Made by a program: the position numbers and the translations under genes. Positions 1 through 12,543 of a stretch of 64,000 bases of DNA are shown piece after piece (position 1 is the stretch's first letter; each line of letters opens with the position of its first letter). Below the pieces are notes generated by a model. It searched no databases. It had not been told where the DNA came from and saw only the letters and a list, made by a program, of their open reading frames with translations. Source of the DNA: Camelus ferus (Eukaryota); assembly GCF_009834535.1 (NCBI RefSeq), contig NC_045698.1:12588001-12652000 (forward strand), read 5' to 3'.

Positions 1-289
1 AACAAGCCAAAGAAAACCATGAGCAGAAATCAAAGAGAATTCCTGTTATGAAGCCTACTAGGCATTGTGGTCCAGAAGTCCTCAGTCTCTCTGCAAATAA
101 GGGAGTGGACAACAAAGATGGCTGATAACGCAGGAATGGTTGTTGGTAGGGAGAGGAGACAAAAAAAAAAGCTGTACAATGTGGGCAGAAGTATCAGAGT
201 CTGAGTTCATCATGCATAGGACAAGTGGGGCCACAGGACTCAGGGACTCTTTTTTCTTTAAATTGTTGCTGTTCTATTTTCTCATATCT

Positions 290-888
290 TTTTTTAAAAT
301 TGCAGTATAGTTGATTTACAGTATTTCAGGTGTACAGCAAAATGATTTATATATATGTATATGTATATGTATGTGTATTATATATATATATAATTCTTTT
401 TCAGATTCTTTTCCTTTGTAGGCTACTAGAAGATATTGAATACAGTTCCCTGTGCTCCACAGTAGGTCCCTGTTATTTATCTATTTTATATATAGTAGTA
501 TGTATGTATTAATCCCAAATTCTTAATTTATCCCTCCTTCCCTTCCCCTTTGGTAGCTGTGTTTCTTTTCTATGTCTGTGAGTCTATTTCTGTTTTGTAA
601 ATAAGTTCATTTGTATCATTTTTTTAAGATTTCACATAGAGGTGATATCATATGATATTTGTCTTTGTCTGATTTACTTCACTTTGTATGACAATCTCCA
701 GGTCCATCCATGTTGCTTCAAATGGCATTATTTCATTCTTTTTTATGGCTGAGTAGTATTCCATTGTACATATATACTACATCTTCTTTAACCATTCATC
801 TGTCAGTGAACACTTAGGTTACTTCCACGTCTTTGCAATAGTAAATTATGCTGCTATGAATGTTGGGATGCATGTATCTTTTCAAATT
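290..888 (-). mobile_element. L1 LINE 3' fragment (artiodactyl/camelid-type 3' UTR), 5'-truncated
   Basis: T-rich tail, then 'ttgcagtatagttgatttaca...caggtgtacagcaaa', 'tccaggtccatccatgttgct...aatggcattatttcattctttttatggctgagtagtattccattgt'. Homologous to the copies at 20380, 50439, 51675 and 62948. Confidence 0.92.
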
Positions 889-919
889 TGAAGAACTCCC
901 TTTTTTCCTATTTAAATTA

Positions 920-1080
920 CAAGTTTAGCTCATCACACACACAGAAATTCTGTAACTATGTATGATGACTGATGTTAACTAGACACTGTGGTGATCATTT
1001 CACAATACATACAAATATCAAATGTTGTACACCTGGAACCCATATAATGTTGCTTGTCAATTATACCTCAATAAAAAGAA
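920..1080 (+). mobile_element. Older L1 (L1MA/L1MB-like) extreme 3' end
   Basis: 'gatgttaactagacactgtggtgatcatttcacaatacatacaaatatc...atgttgtacacctggaac...tcaattatacctcaataaaaa' is a typical L1M 3' terminus. Confidence 0.8.
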
Positions 1081-1582
1081 GTTTATAAAAATTATACTAA
1101 AGTGATAAAGTCAGAAGAATTAAAAGTGAATTTAAGGAATCTCTGCCAACATTTCTCAAGAACCCTTGAAAGCAAGCTTGCATTACAATGCACAATAAAC
1201 ATATCTGATATGTATAAAATGACCAAATCACAAAGGAAAGCTTAAATTATGCTCAGTGTCATTCCTGGGTTTTTTTGTTCCCCACATCAGACACTCATGC
1301 TTTTTATAAGGACTGCCTACTGCCTCCTCTTCTGTTTCTTCTTTGTGTCTCTAGATGCCAGGGCAAAGCCCCCACCAGTCTTTGACATTAAGCAGAACAT
1401 TCTAGTGTCACATCAAATTGTAAAATCATGTGCCTTACACGCCATCTACATATAGCCTACAGAATCTGTGACTTTCATCCTCACCCTCCTCCCATCCCGG
1501 CTCTTAATCTGTCCTCATCCTTCTTGGCCCCTGAACACTGCTTCATCCTCTAGTTCAGTTGCAAACCCAGGAGTTGTGAATC

Positions 1583-1860
1583 CAGGAGTTGCAAACCTAG
1601 GCCTTGCAGGAGCTACATAAGGTTGAGTGGGGACTGCAGCAAAGTGCTGTCGGGCTGGCCACTGCTTACTTCCCACAGATGGTGGCTGTAAGTGAAAACA
1701 GGCCCACAGTTGCCAGACCTTTTCCTCAAAGGAAGCCCCCAATTTGGATTTCTCTGTGAGGCTGCTGAATTTTTATGTCAGTTAATGTAACATTTTAAGA
1801 TGTGTGGGCTAAAAATAACAGTTTGTGGGCCAAATCTGGCCCATAGATTCCAGCCTATTA
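1583..1860. mobile_element. hAT-Charlie non-autonomous DNA transposon, MER102-like
   Basis: Starts 'caggagttgcaaac', internal 'ggcccacagttgccagacc...aaggaagcc...tggattt', ends 'tgtgggccaaatctggcccatag'. Matches recalled MER102 architecture. Confidence 0.65.
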
Positions 1861-3729
1861 CCTTAGCCTCATCTATCTTTGAAATTCACTCCATCTCTGA
1901 GTCTCCCCCATGCTTGACCTTGTCAAATAAGACATGTATTAAAGGCAAAGATGCGTATTAAGACACCACATCGAGCTAGATTACAGTAGTAATCTTGCAT
2001 AATAATGTTATAATATGTACTGTAATAAATAATAATAATGTGTTATAATAGTATAACTCTGGATAGTGATGTATTTCCCAAAAGGATTGTATATTTTCTT
2101 TAGTTATAAATTGCATATTAGGGGAAAGAAGGCTTACACATAAGGTAGTCTTAAAAACTTGAATTCATAATAGAACAAAAGAAACCCCTGTTAATATTCT
2201 TCAGTGGTTATAAACCTCCCTAAACTATTAGGATGTGGCTGGGGGCATATTTAGGATGGTAGGAGTGGAATTTAGATTAAGTAAAATGTCCTTATGGCCA
2301 TACCTACAGTACGACAAACACACATTTTAATCAAATCATGGAAACAGGAAATCAAAATGGATTATATCAGTCATGAGGAATATTCTATCGATATTTTTAT
2401 GTGGTCTACCAACAGTTTCTGTTGCTAAATATCAATTTGTCATTCTCTCTTTCCTTTCATTTGTAAAGTTCTTGCCTTCAGTAAACACTGGAATAGTCAC
2501 ACAGTCACCCTGCTACTAAAAACTTCTTTTTATCCTTATGTAGGTGAGGTACCCCCAGATTTTGTCCTAGGTAATAAAAGTCTCAGGCTAATACTATTTG
2601 GGGATCTTTTATCAGCTTTGAGTTGGCTTTGTGGCACTCAGCTTTGTGCCAAATTAGTTGAATTGTACAGATTGTGGGGAGGGGAGGAACCAACACATTT
2701 CACCCCCTTGATGTGAACCCTCGGGTGATCTTAAGATGCTCATCACCTCCATGATGGTGGTCATCACAGAGAACCTCTGCCTGGCACCCAGCCAATGTCA
2801 CCCCCAGGGACGCCCTCGCTCACCAGGGCTGTACTTCTATGACTTCCCCTTGGACCCCTCTCAGCCTTGAATCTGCACACCTACACCGGTCTTGCAGCTC
2901 TGGGGATTTCAAAGACTCCACCACTGCTCTGCTGAGCATCCAACTGGCAGCTTGAGCCACGGCCTTGAGGTCCCCATTGGCACTGCTGCTTCAATGCTGA
3001 GACCTGGCTTCTGAGACAGCCCCCCCCACCAACTTCTGTTCCTGGGCCAGAATTTCTACTGAAAACTGCTGGACACTTACACTTCTCTGCTCCATCTTAC
3101 AGCTCTGAGATGTTTGTCTGCTGCTTGGTTTTCTTGCTGAGGAAACTTCTTTTCTTGTCATTACTCTATGGCTTCTACGGGGAGTAAACTGCTCCTTGGA
3201 GGAACATACTCCCAGGTGTCCTATGTAGAGGGTTTCTTGCTCTGCAGACACGGCCAAGATTCTGTAGAGAGCCGCTCCCGGAGCATTACTGAGGGATTCC
3301 CACAGCCCTGCACCCTAGCTGGGCTGGACGGGGGTGCAGAGGAGTGAAGGTGGATTCCAGAGGAGAGCACAGAACTTTCCCTCCCTTGGTTGAGATGCCT
3401 TGACTCCCGAGGACCCTGCGTTGATAACTGTGCCGGCTGATACGCATCACACCTATTTCACACTTAATGTATCTTGAAGATCGCGCCGTATCAGGGCACG
3501 TCAAATTGTCCCACGCTCCTAGGCAATACCTGGGATAATTTATCTAATCATTCCCGTCTGCATGAACCGCCAAGCAGTTTGGCCACAGACCCTGCTAGAG
3601 TGGGGTGTCCCTGTACCCATGTAATTTCATCCATGTGCCAATAAATCTTTCACAGAAATTTTAATTAGGCACAGGGAAGGAAAATGAAGAAAGAGAGGTG
3701 TTGTAATATCTGTAGCAGAAAGACCACAG

Positions 3730-3880
3730 GACCAGGAACCAGAAGACTTGGGGTCAATCGACACCACTTGTGAGATTTGGACCAAATAACTTTCCTGAGG
3801 CTCAATTTCCTCATTAATAAAATGGAGATGAAATCTCCTGCCTTGCCTTACTCATAAGGTTTCTATGAGCATCAGATCCA
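3730..3880 (+). mobile_element. MIR SINE (diverged)
   Basis: Core 'ctgaggctcaatttcctcattaataaaatggagatga...ccttactcataaggtttctatgagcatcagat'. Confidence 0.7.
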
Positions 3881-3885
3881 TGAGC

Positions 3886-3978
3886 ATCCTTCCCTCCTTT
3901 TCTGCCCTTCTTCCTTTCTTCCTTCCTCCCTCCGTGCCTCCCTCCCTTCCATTGTTCTTTCTTCCTTTCTTTCTCCCC
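3886..3978. repeat. (CCTT/CTTT)n-rich polypyrimidine simple repeat
   Basis: Directly visible. Confidence 0.85.
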
Positions 3979-6299
3979 CAGTGTTCTTTCCACTATACCA
4001 CAACTTTTGGGAAGTTCATTCACACCAAAAGAGCTCCCCCACCTCTCCTTGGGGTCCCTGGTGTATGTGCAGGTCCCATACTCTCCTTCTGTGGCCCTGA
4101 CCATTCTCTGCAGGACCAAAGGGACTAACGTGAGAGTGGCTGAAGGCGTGGGGTGGTGTCTGAAAACATTCCTGTAGGTAACATGCTCTGTCTCAGAAAT
4201 CCTAGCCTTACAGTGAAAGGTTCCTAACAGATCCTCGTGCACTCAGGGAGACGTGTTTATTTTTCTTTCAAGGGAAAGCAGTGGAATTTTACTGAGAAAC
4301 CTCAAATCCATTGAGAAACCAATGCAGGACATAATGTCTATGAGTTTTGCCACCATGGAGACAGGACTTGGGAAGGGCTTTTGGCCTTTCTCAATCAAAG
4401 GGGCCAAAATCTCCCAGGCCATCTCTTTCCCACTTGTTCTGGGTGGGAGAGACTGCCTTCAACCACAGAGTCAGTGGAACAGTGATTGCTCCTGTGCAAA
4501 ATTCTTAGTCAGGAGATAATTGCTTTTAGTAGTGGGGCCTCGGTCCCACCTGACTGATTTATCTCATCATTAACCTCTTAACGATTCAGTTTAACAAGAA
4601 CAGAAATGGTTACAGAACTAGAAATTCTAGGAATTATTATAGGCACTATGCTAGTTGGTGCAGTTATGCAATGAGTAAGATATAGTCTCTTCCAGGAAAC
4701 AGTTTATTGTCCAGTGGAGGAGAAAGACAGACAGCAGAGCAAGTTTGAAATAAATGAAAAAAATTCCTTCTTACAAAATGATTGGTGTTTTTTTTTTTTT
4801 TTTTCCAGAACGGTCTATTTAATACTTGCAAATAAAGGATTAAAATACTTGCAACAGTCTTGGCAATACTGACAACTGCCTGTTCCCTGAGTTTGCAAGT
4901 TCTAGGAAGAGGAATTTATTGAACCTACTTGCTCAGCATCTAAGATAAATTGAGCACCGACTCATTTCCATTTTCATCCAGCATCATAATATTAATCACC
5001 AGGCACCAGAAATACAGATCCTTCCTCTTAATGACATTGTAGTTGGAAAATGGAGGTTGTGGCATCAGACACCTGTTTGTCTGCAGGGTATAGTTCACTG
5101 AGTCAATGGCAATAAAGTTTCAAGGTTGCAAAATACTTTTCTTTTGAGAGAAATTTTGCTTACGATGTTATTTGTTTTGCTTGGAGTTTGGCCGAACTGT
5201 GACGATAACTCAGTTGGGTCACTCAACTCTGAGATGATGAAGACCTCTTGTTGCTGTATTTTTCTTTGAACGTTTGGGGGGAGTTTTCTGAAAGCTTCCT
5301 TCTGTCTGCAATATGATTCATGGAGAAGGTAGACGGCTCTGCAGTGACTGAAAACAGAGCCAGAATTTGCTTCTGTAAGGAGAGGAAACTTAGGTGCAAA
5401 GGTATAAACAGGGAGCTTGATTATCATGAGGAGAACTGTTTTATTTGCTTAAGAAAGACATGTCTTTCTTACAACTGCCACTTCTGCGGGGACGTGGGGT
5501 TGGCGTTGGTGAGGAACTTCCAACTGCAGAGTTAGTCCAGTCATCACAAGCTTTTTTCTCTCATCAGCGTTATTAATATCAGAACGCATGAAGGAAACTT
5601 TAGTTGAAATAAAAAAAAGGCATAATTGATGTTAAAAATTGAAATATGGTCTCACTTCAATAAAAAACATGGGAAAAAATAAAATAAAACAGAACCCTCT
5701 CTCCCATCAGTATTTGAAGACAAAAAAGAATTGAAATACAGTCTTAATTAAGGAGTGAGTTGTACAACTCATAATCATTTTGACTATATTGATTGGATTA
5801 GGTAAACATAAACATAGGATAAGTCTTGCAACCTTAAGGTCAGGTAGAGTAACTTAATATCCTGGGGAAGTAGAGCAATGCCAGATTATGGGCTTGGAGG
5901 TCCAAACAAGTCCTAGAAAGACGAAGACTATCTCCAGTCTCCTAAGCTCTGGTGCATTTCCAAAATTGCAGCGCTTCGAATGATCAAGTGATTATTTGAG
6001 CAGATATTTGGCTCTCGATTGAAAGGGACTTTTCATTGTCACAATTCATTTAAATGGTGTTGACTTTAGGTGGCAGACAAGCTGGGATCAGACCTGCCTG
6101 ATATTGCTTCAGGGCAATGATGTCAGCAGAGGCATGCTAAATAAATAAATTAGAGGTTCCTTTAATGCCAAGTGACACAATCAGAAACACAACAATCTCT
6201 TCCCATTTGCTTTTCACAACAAAGTTTGTGTAACGTCAGGGCAAAACCTGGAGTAAGTCCACTGGCAAATCTGGGGACTAGCGAATATCTTACAGTACG

Positions 6300-6517
6300 T
6301 AGAAATGAAAGGCAGGTTGGTGGTCACTAGGGTCTGCTGGGAATGGAAAGTGACTGCTAATGGGGATGGGGATTTCTTTTGGGGGTGAGGATAATCTCCT
6401 AGGAATAGAGGTGGTGGTTGCATAACACTGTGAATGTACTAAGTACCACTCAACTATACACTTTAAAGTAGTTACTCCTATGTTATGTGAATTTCATCTC
6501 AATAAATAATTTTAAAA
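6300..6517 (+). mobile_element. L1MB-like 3' end
   Basis: 'ggaatggaaagtgactgctaatgggg...gtggtggttgcataacactgtgaatgtactaagtaccact...atacactttaaa...atgtgaatttcatctcaataaa'. Confidence 0.85.
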
Positions 6518-6644
6518 GACTAAACCTAGAAGACAACAAAAAGACTCAATTTCTATGCCCCTTATGCTCACAACTTTTCCCTCCCAATCGTTGCACTTCT
6601 GACAGGCCCAGAGGAAACCAGGCGAGCAGCTGGGTTGGTCTCAA

Positions 6645-6926
6645 TTACTTGAGGTCTTGGTTCAAAGGTCACCTTATCAGAAAGACCTTTCTGGCCCATT
6701 TATAACAATGCCCCCATCATTTTTGTCCCCCTCACCCTTTGTCTTTCTAGCACTTATCACCAACAGACATATGTTTATTTGTTAATTTCCTGCTTCTCCT
6801 CCCAATTGAGTATAATGTCTATAAGAGAAGGAATTTTATTATTTTCATTCACTGTTGTACCTAAAACGATACCTGTCACAGTACAGGTGCTCAGTACATA
6901 TCTGGTGAATGAATGCATGAACGAAC
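6645..6926 (+). mobile_element. L2 LINE 3' end (L2a-like)
   Basis: 'tagcacttatcacc...tcattcactgttgtacc...acagtacaggtgctcagtacatatctggtgaatgaatg'. Confidence 0.8.
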
Positions 6927-7199
6927 ATCAGTACCAAGTCCTGATTTTCTTCAACTTTAATCATCACAGGCAAACATTTGAGGAGGAGGGGTAGGTGTCA
7001 TTTATCTTTGACTAGCATCCAGGATGACACCAACAACAGAGATGATGCTCACTGGGGAATAGTTTTGGAACCAAACTAAGGACAATCTAGTTGGCAAGAT
7101 AAGACGTCGGTAAACAAAAACTTAAATGACAGTGTAGAAGAATCCTATGAGGTTAGAGTGGAGGAGAGAATCACCTAGGAGTTGTTAGATTTCATTTCT

Positions 7200-7505
7200 G
7201 ACGGAGAAAGCAAACTCATGCTTACCAGGGGGGAAGGGGGTGGGAGGGGATAAACTGGGTGTTCGAGATTTGCAGATACTAACTACCATATATAAAATAG
7301 ATAAACAGTAAGCTTCTGCTGTACAGCACAGGAAACTATATACAGTATCTTGGAGTAACCTATAATGAAAAAGAATGTGAAAATGAATATATGTATGTAT
7401 ATGTGTGACTGAAACTTTATGCTGTGCACCAGAAGTTGACACAACATTGTAAACTATGCCTCAACAACAACAACAAAACAACAACAACAAAAACCCCACA
7501 AAACT
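7200..7505 (+). mobile_element. L1 3' fragment (camelid-type) with (AAC)n-degenerated tail
   Basis: 'aaactcatgcttaccagggggga...gagatttgcagatactaactaccatatataaaatagataaac...ctgtacagcacaggaaactatat'. Possible decayed TSD tagatttcatttct / tagattttacttct. Confidence 0.9.
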
Positions 7506-8774
7506 TCTATGTAGATTTTACTTCTAATTCTGGCTCTTTTTCTCCTCTCAGGAGAGGATTTTAATCTCTCTGAGCCTCAAGTTTGCCATCAGTCAATTTA
7601 GAAAGTGGGACCAGATGGCCTTTGCTGACCCATTCTAAACTTTAATTAGCGCGCACATGTGTGTGCCAAAGGAAGAGAGTCTTACGCATTTAAATAAATG
7701 GAAAATCACCCAAGATGGGGAAATTACCAGGTCAGCCCCTCTCCCCTGACCCTGACTGTGGGACAAGTTTAAAGAAGAAAGCGGGAGAAGGTCTCTTTCA
7801 AACGTGAAACTTTGCTGCTTAGTATAATTTTGTGAAATGGGAGTGAGAATGAGTTCCAAGATATATTCTAAGCCTTTTGAGACAACAGCCCTTATTTGAA
7901 AAGGTGGTGAATTTGTGAAGTTTGACATACTGATGCAAACTTTTCAAGGAAAATTAACACTGTGTTAACAAAAATTCTGATCGGCTCCCCAGTGGGCCTT
8001 TCAGCCTACCCACCAGCGAAAGAGCTGATTGCAATGATTTCCACAACTAGAGTTCTAAAGTTCCCCAACGGTTTTTCTTGTTTATGATAATGTGCAGGGC
8101 ACTTGCAAACTCTAAATAAACACAAACATGGACTTGAGAGTCCAGGAAAAATCCTCTTCCCTGCCTGCGGTGGTTGAAATAAAACAATGACTGCAACATC
8201 ACAGGAACAAAAATCAGGGTTCAGGTGGCTCTTTGAGGAAACAGGTTGGCTTCAAGACACTTAACATGTTTGATGATTCTTTGAAAATTGACAGTGGGGG
8301 CTTGGCAAGCGAGGGTCTCTCTTACTCGCAGTTTTGGTGCAAGAGCAGAGAAGGGAGCTACAGCGGGTAAGAAGCGAGCTGTAAAAATCTTGAAAAGGCA
8401 AATCCTCCACTGGGCCGACACTACAGAATCACTTATAAGAGGTGGGATGAAAAAATCCGTTTAATGATTTTTCCCTCAGAGCACTATGAAAAAGAAATAA
8501 TCTTGCCAAACTGGAGTAATTCAAGTTCAATTCCACAATACCTACTCTGAGTCCCTACTCTGGGACACGTACTGTTTTGCAGTGAAAACAAAAATGAGGT
8601 TGAATTTTTTAAGCAGGCTAAAGGTTATTGTGTAAATGTGACCAATTCATGACTAATTTCTTGCTCTTAGGTTTTTTTTTTCCCTTTTGGGAGTATTTCT
8701 CCCTTATTCTCCTCCAGAATGTAAATTTCTTTCTTCTTCTTGTATTGCTTGAAATATGCATGATGAGCTTTTTC

Positions 8775-8922
8775 TTTTTGTTTCATACTATTTATAATTA
8801 TAAATATTTCATTTAGTTATATTTAAATGATCTATTTTATAATATTTAATCATGTTATATTTTTATTTATTATAGAATTATTTAATTGTATTTATTTATT
8901 TATAATTTAATTATAATTATTC
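8775..8922. repeat. AT-rich low-complexity tract
   Basis: Almost exclusively A/T over ~150 bp. Confidence 0.8.
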
Positions 8923-10137
8923 TCTCCCCAGGACTAGAATTTACCTCCTACTCCCTCCCATCTCCCACCTACATGGACTTTAGCTGAATATGTTTGATAT
9001 GGTTCTTCACTTTGACCAAATAAACAGAATCAGAGTGAGAACTGGGATATAGAGCTTGTGTAAGTATTGTTCCACTGTGCAAATAGTTTAATTCTCTAGG
9101 CCTCAATTTTCTTTTCTATAAGATGTATGGGTGCTAACGTATGGAAAAGCAACCTCTCGAAGGCATTGCTGGAACCGTTGGTTGAGTTGTTATTCACAGA
9201 TGTCAAGAAGAATGATGGGGATACAGCACAGATGGCTGATATGTGGCCGTCTATTAAGCTGACCCTATATTAGCATGAACGAAATGTTTATTTAAGTTGC
9301 ACAGACACGCAGGATGTAGCTGAAGAATTGTAATAGACGCCTTTGAGTAGTGATCAGTCTGAGATAGCCTAAGATAAAATATTTAACTAGGAAGTAGCTT
9401 GCCTGTTACCAACTAATGAGGATGATAAAGACATGAGCTTGGTGGGCTGAATACACCCTAACCGTCAGCTGACGCTTGGGCTAATCTGGAAGATTTCACT
9501 ACATCTATGGGAGACGGATGGACAGGAGGCCTGCTACGGGGGACTGAATTAGAGACCAGACTACACACATAAGGGCAAGGAGTTTTGGGTTTTCTCCTGA
9601 GGAGGACACATGGAAAGCGGGGAAGATGGAGAATGGGAAAGCTCAGAATCCCAGTTCTCTGAGAGCTTTGTGATATTTCAAACAATCTGAGGGTATTCTC
9701 TGGCAATATTTTTGAATTGGGAGAGGAGTCAAATGAGAAGAGTAGCCTATTTGGCAAAATACGGGTTAGTTTATGTTCATGATTATACCAGGATGGATTA
9801 ACACATGCATGACCTGAGATCCCGATAGCTCCACTCCCAAGCGTTTTACGGAACTAGGCGAGGCTCCACACTCTCTGTCGCTCTCCACTTCCTTTCTTTT
9901 CTGCTGACATTTACAAAACACCCACAGTGTGTAAAGTGCTATGGGCTGGAAAGTGTGACTGTCATTTGCCATAGTCATCTTTAAGAGCTGGTGCTTCTCA
10001 AATAGCTCGGATCTTAATCTGAATCTATTTAAAAACACGCTTTTAGTTTCTAAGTTGCTAAGTTATATTTAACATACAAAAATAATTGAATGAATTACTA
10101 TCTCAGCTGAATTCACAGAGTGACCTGGTATTTTTTG

Positions 10138-10308
10138 TGCTTCTTCAAACTTTGGCGGGCATATCCGCAGCGTCAGCACCACGTGGGAACTTGTTAGGGA
10201 GGGAAACTCACGGGCCATCCCAGATCTGCTGAATTGGAATCTCTGGGGTTCTGCCCAGGAGTCCCTCTTTTAACAAGTTTTCCAGGTATTCTGGGAAATC
10301 CTGATCTA
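10138..10308. mobile_element. hAT-Charlie MER5-like DNA transposon
   Basis: 'cagcaccacgtgggaacttgttag...cccagatctgctgaattggaatctctggggt...cccagga...ttttaacaag'. Confidence 0.7.
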
Positions 10309-10702
10309 AGTAAAACTACAAGACCATGTACTATTGATTTTCTCTATTAGTTTTAAATTCCAATAATGAGAAAAAGCATGGTGTATTTAGCAAAATAGGC
10401 AATAAAAATGTTCAAGTTGTTATTTTGCATGAAATTAAAAATATTGCCATTTGATAATCATCCGCATATTTAGGTAAAAAGATGTGTAACAAGGGGGATG
10501 TGAAGAGTTGGGGGAAGTTGGAAAAGATACTTAATATTCTTTTTTATTTCAAAAGGCTTTGGACTGAGTTTCCGTGTTAAAGTTATCAGTGTCGTTTAAT
10601 TGGAATTGTCATTTAATCCCATAGGACAAATTTTTCTCTTCCAATAAAATTGGAATCTAGAACATACTGGAATAAATATACTTGCATTTTTAGTTGTTTA
10701 AA

Positions 10703-11098
10703 CTAGAGCGTTAAACATTATCTGTGAAAAAATGTTTTTTTTCTGTTTGTTTGTATTTTTATTTATTTTTTTGGTGGGAGGGAGTAATTAGGTTTATTTA
10801 TTTTTTATTTATTTTTTTAATAGGGGTACTGGGGATTGAACCCAGGACCTCAGGCACTCTAAGCACGCACGCTACCACTGAGCTCTACCCTCTCCTCCAT
10901 TTGTTTTTTAATTTTCAAATCCATGCTGGATTGTTACTTCTATAAAATACAATTAAATAAACTACTAGAAAAATGAGATTAAAAAAAGAAGCCCGGAAGG
11001 CAAGTACCAGATTTTCTGAAGCGACCTCGCTGTGGTGAACTGGTAACAACCAGTTTACAGGGGGCCCTGGTCAGCAGGCCACGGTTGGAGTAGTTCCG
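10703..11098. mobile_element. hAT-Charlie non-autonomous element (Charlie18a/MER119-like), interrupted by a SINE
   Basis: 'taaaatacaattaaataaactactagaaaaatga' and terminal 'actggtaacaaccagtttac...ctggtcagcaggccacggttggagtag' resemble the recalled consensus. Confidence 0.5.
10735..10898 (-). mobile_element. tRNA-derived SINE, camelid Vic-1 type
   Basis: Minus strand reads 'gagggtagagctcagtggtagcgtgcgtgcttagagtgcctgaggtcctgggttcaatccccagtacc' (Pol III A and B boxes), then an A-rich linker, 'aaacctaattactccctcccacc' and an A-rich tail. Confidence 0.88.
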
Positions 11099-11189
11099 GT
11101 TAAACCAACTCCGTAGTGGAGTCACCAGCAAACCAGCTGCAGCAAATGACCAGGTGAATCAACTTAACCAAACAAGAAGAAGTGGAGGC

Positions 11190-11340
11190 TCTGAAGTCTG
11201 GGATTGGATCTTGGCTGGCCCCGTCTCCTTGTGCCTCGGTTTTCTTACCTGTAAAATGGGGATGATGATAACAGTCACCTCACAGGATAGTGGAGGGAGA
11301 TTCTGGTGGTTTAGAATGTATTTGAGTGGATGCTTTAACT
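11190..11340 (+). mobile_element. MIR SINE
   Basis: 'tgtgcctcggttttcttacctgtaaaatggggatgatgataacagtcacctcacaggatagtg'. Confidence 0.8.
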
Positions 11341-11498
11341 GAGCCATTATGGAATTTAGGCTAGGTGGGAAAAGGAGGACACCAGGGAGAGGGAGGACCC
11401 TGAAAAGTGGCAGGGTCAATGGATGGCAAAGTTAAGTAGTGTTAAGTAATTATTTGAGCTGAGACTACAGGGAGCAGGATAGAAACACAAAAGATGGT

Positions 11499-11894
11499 CG
11501 TTATGGACTGAATATTTGCGCCTCCGCCTCCCCCAATTCATATATCGCAGTCTTAACCCCACAGTGTGACTATATTTGGAGATGATGCCTTTAGGAGATA
11601 AGTAGGGTTAGACGAGGTTATGAGTGTGGGGACTTTACGGTGGTATTAAAGCCCTTATAAGAAGAGACAGCTGAGCCCCTCCCCACCCCAGCTTTCCTTC
11701 TTTCTCTCTCCCTGACATATGAGGACACAGTAAGAAGGCAGATGTCTGCAAGCCAGGAAGAGGGTCCTCCCAGAACCCATGCTGGCATCCGGATCTCAGA
11801 CTCCCAGCCTCCGACACTGTGAGAAATAGATTTCTGTTGCTGGGTTCACCCCGTCTATGGTATTCTGTTATGACAGCCTGAGTAGACCAAGGCA
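11499..11894 (+). mobile_element. MaLR solo LTR (MLT1A/MLT1A0-like)
   Basis: 'gttatggactgaat...gcccttataagaagaga...tgtgagaaatagatttctgttg...gtctatggtattctgttatgacagcctgagtagaccaaggca'. 5-bp TSD ATGGT (11494-98) / GTGGT (11895-99). Confidence 0.9.
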
Positions 11895-12543
11895 GTGGTG
11901 TTCGAGTAAGACCCCCGAGATGAGGCTTTCAGGATGGATCGGAGTTAAGAGCAACGGCAAAATCCTTCAACTGCTGTGCCAGAAAGTGGCTGGGTGAAGG
12001 GGCTGCCCTGCTTCTTTAAATCCTAAATTGCGATGCTTGAGACTGAACTTGCAGCTGCAAGATGATGACGTTTACAGAATGATGCATCCTCGATGTCTTT
12101 TTCTGATCTCCATGACGCACTATGAGCAAGTAAATAGTTATATCAAAGTCCTTGAATGCATCAGACTCATCAGACTGTCTTCACATATTTTCTTATTTTA
12201 AACCCAAATAAATTGGTATCACTTATACATTCATTCGTTTGAGAAGATCTAAGTGCTTATTAAAAAAAAAAGTGTCAGGCATGGCTCTTGATACTTGGGA
12301 CACAGACATGCTGGCTTAAGTCTGTCCAGGCGGTTTGAACAAAGTACTGAAGGTTGGCAAATGATCAAGGATAGAATAGAAATGGATTTCACACTTTCAA
12401 ATGACTAAAAAAGTGAACACTGTGTGAGGTAGTTTAGATAGAAATGAGCACTGGGCAGGGGGAGAGGAAGGGGAAGGGAAAAATCCAGAGCGCAAGGAAC
12501 CCGAGCTGTCAATCAACCAGCGCACAGGGAACTTGAGTTGTTG

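Noticed and set aside
4787..4808. Poly-T + CCAG splice acceptor
   Set aside because: The homopolymer alone explains the signal. No recognisable coding frame or clear donor follows.
10820..10895. tRNA gene
   Set aside because: A and B boxes are present, but they are followed by a SINE body and A-rich tail. It is a tRNA-derived SINE.
11066..11154. CCTGGTCA...TGACCAGG inverted repeat as an inversion or structured RNA
   Set aside because: Only 8 bp long, and the left part is explained by the terminus of a Charlie-type element.
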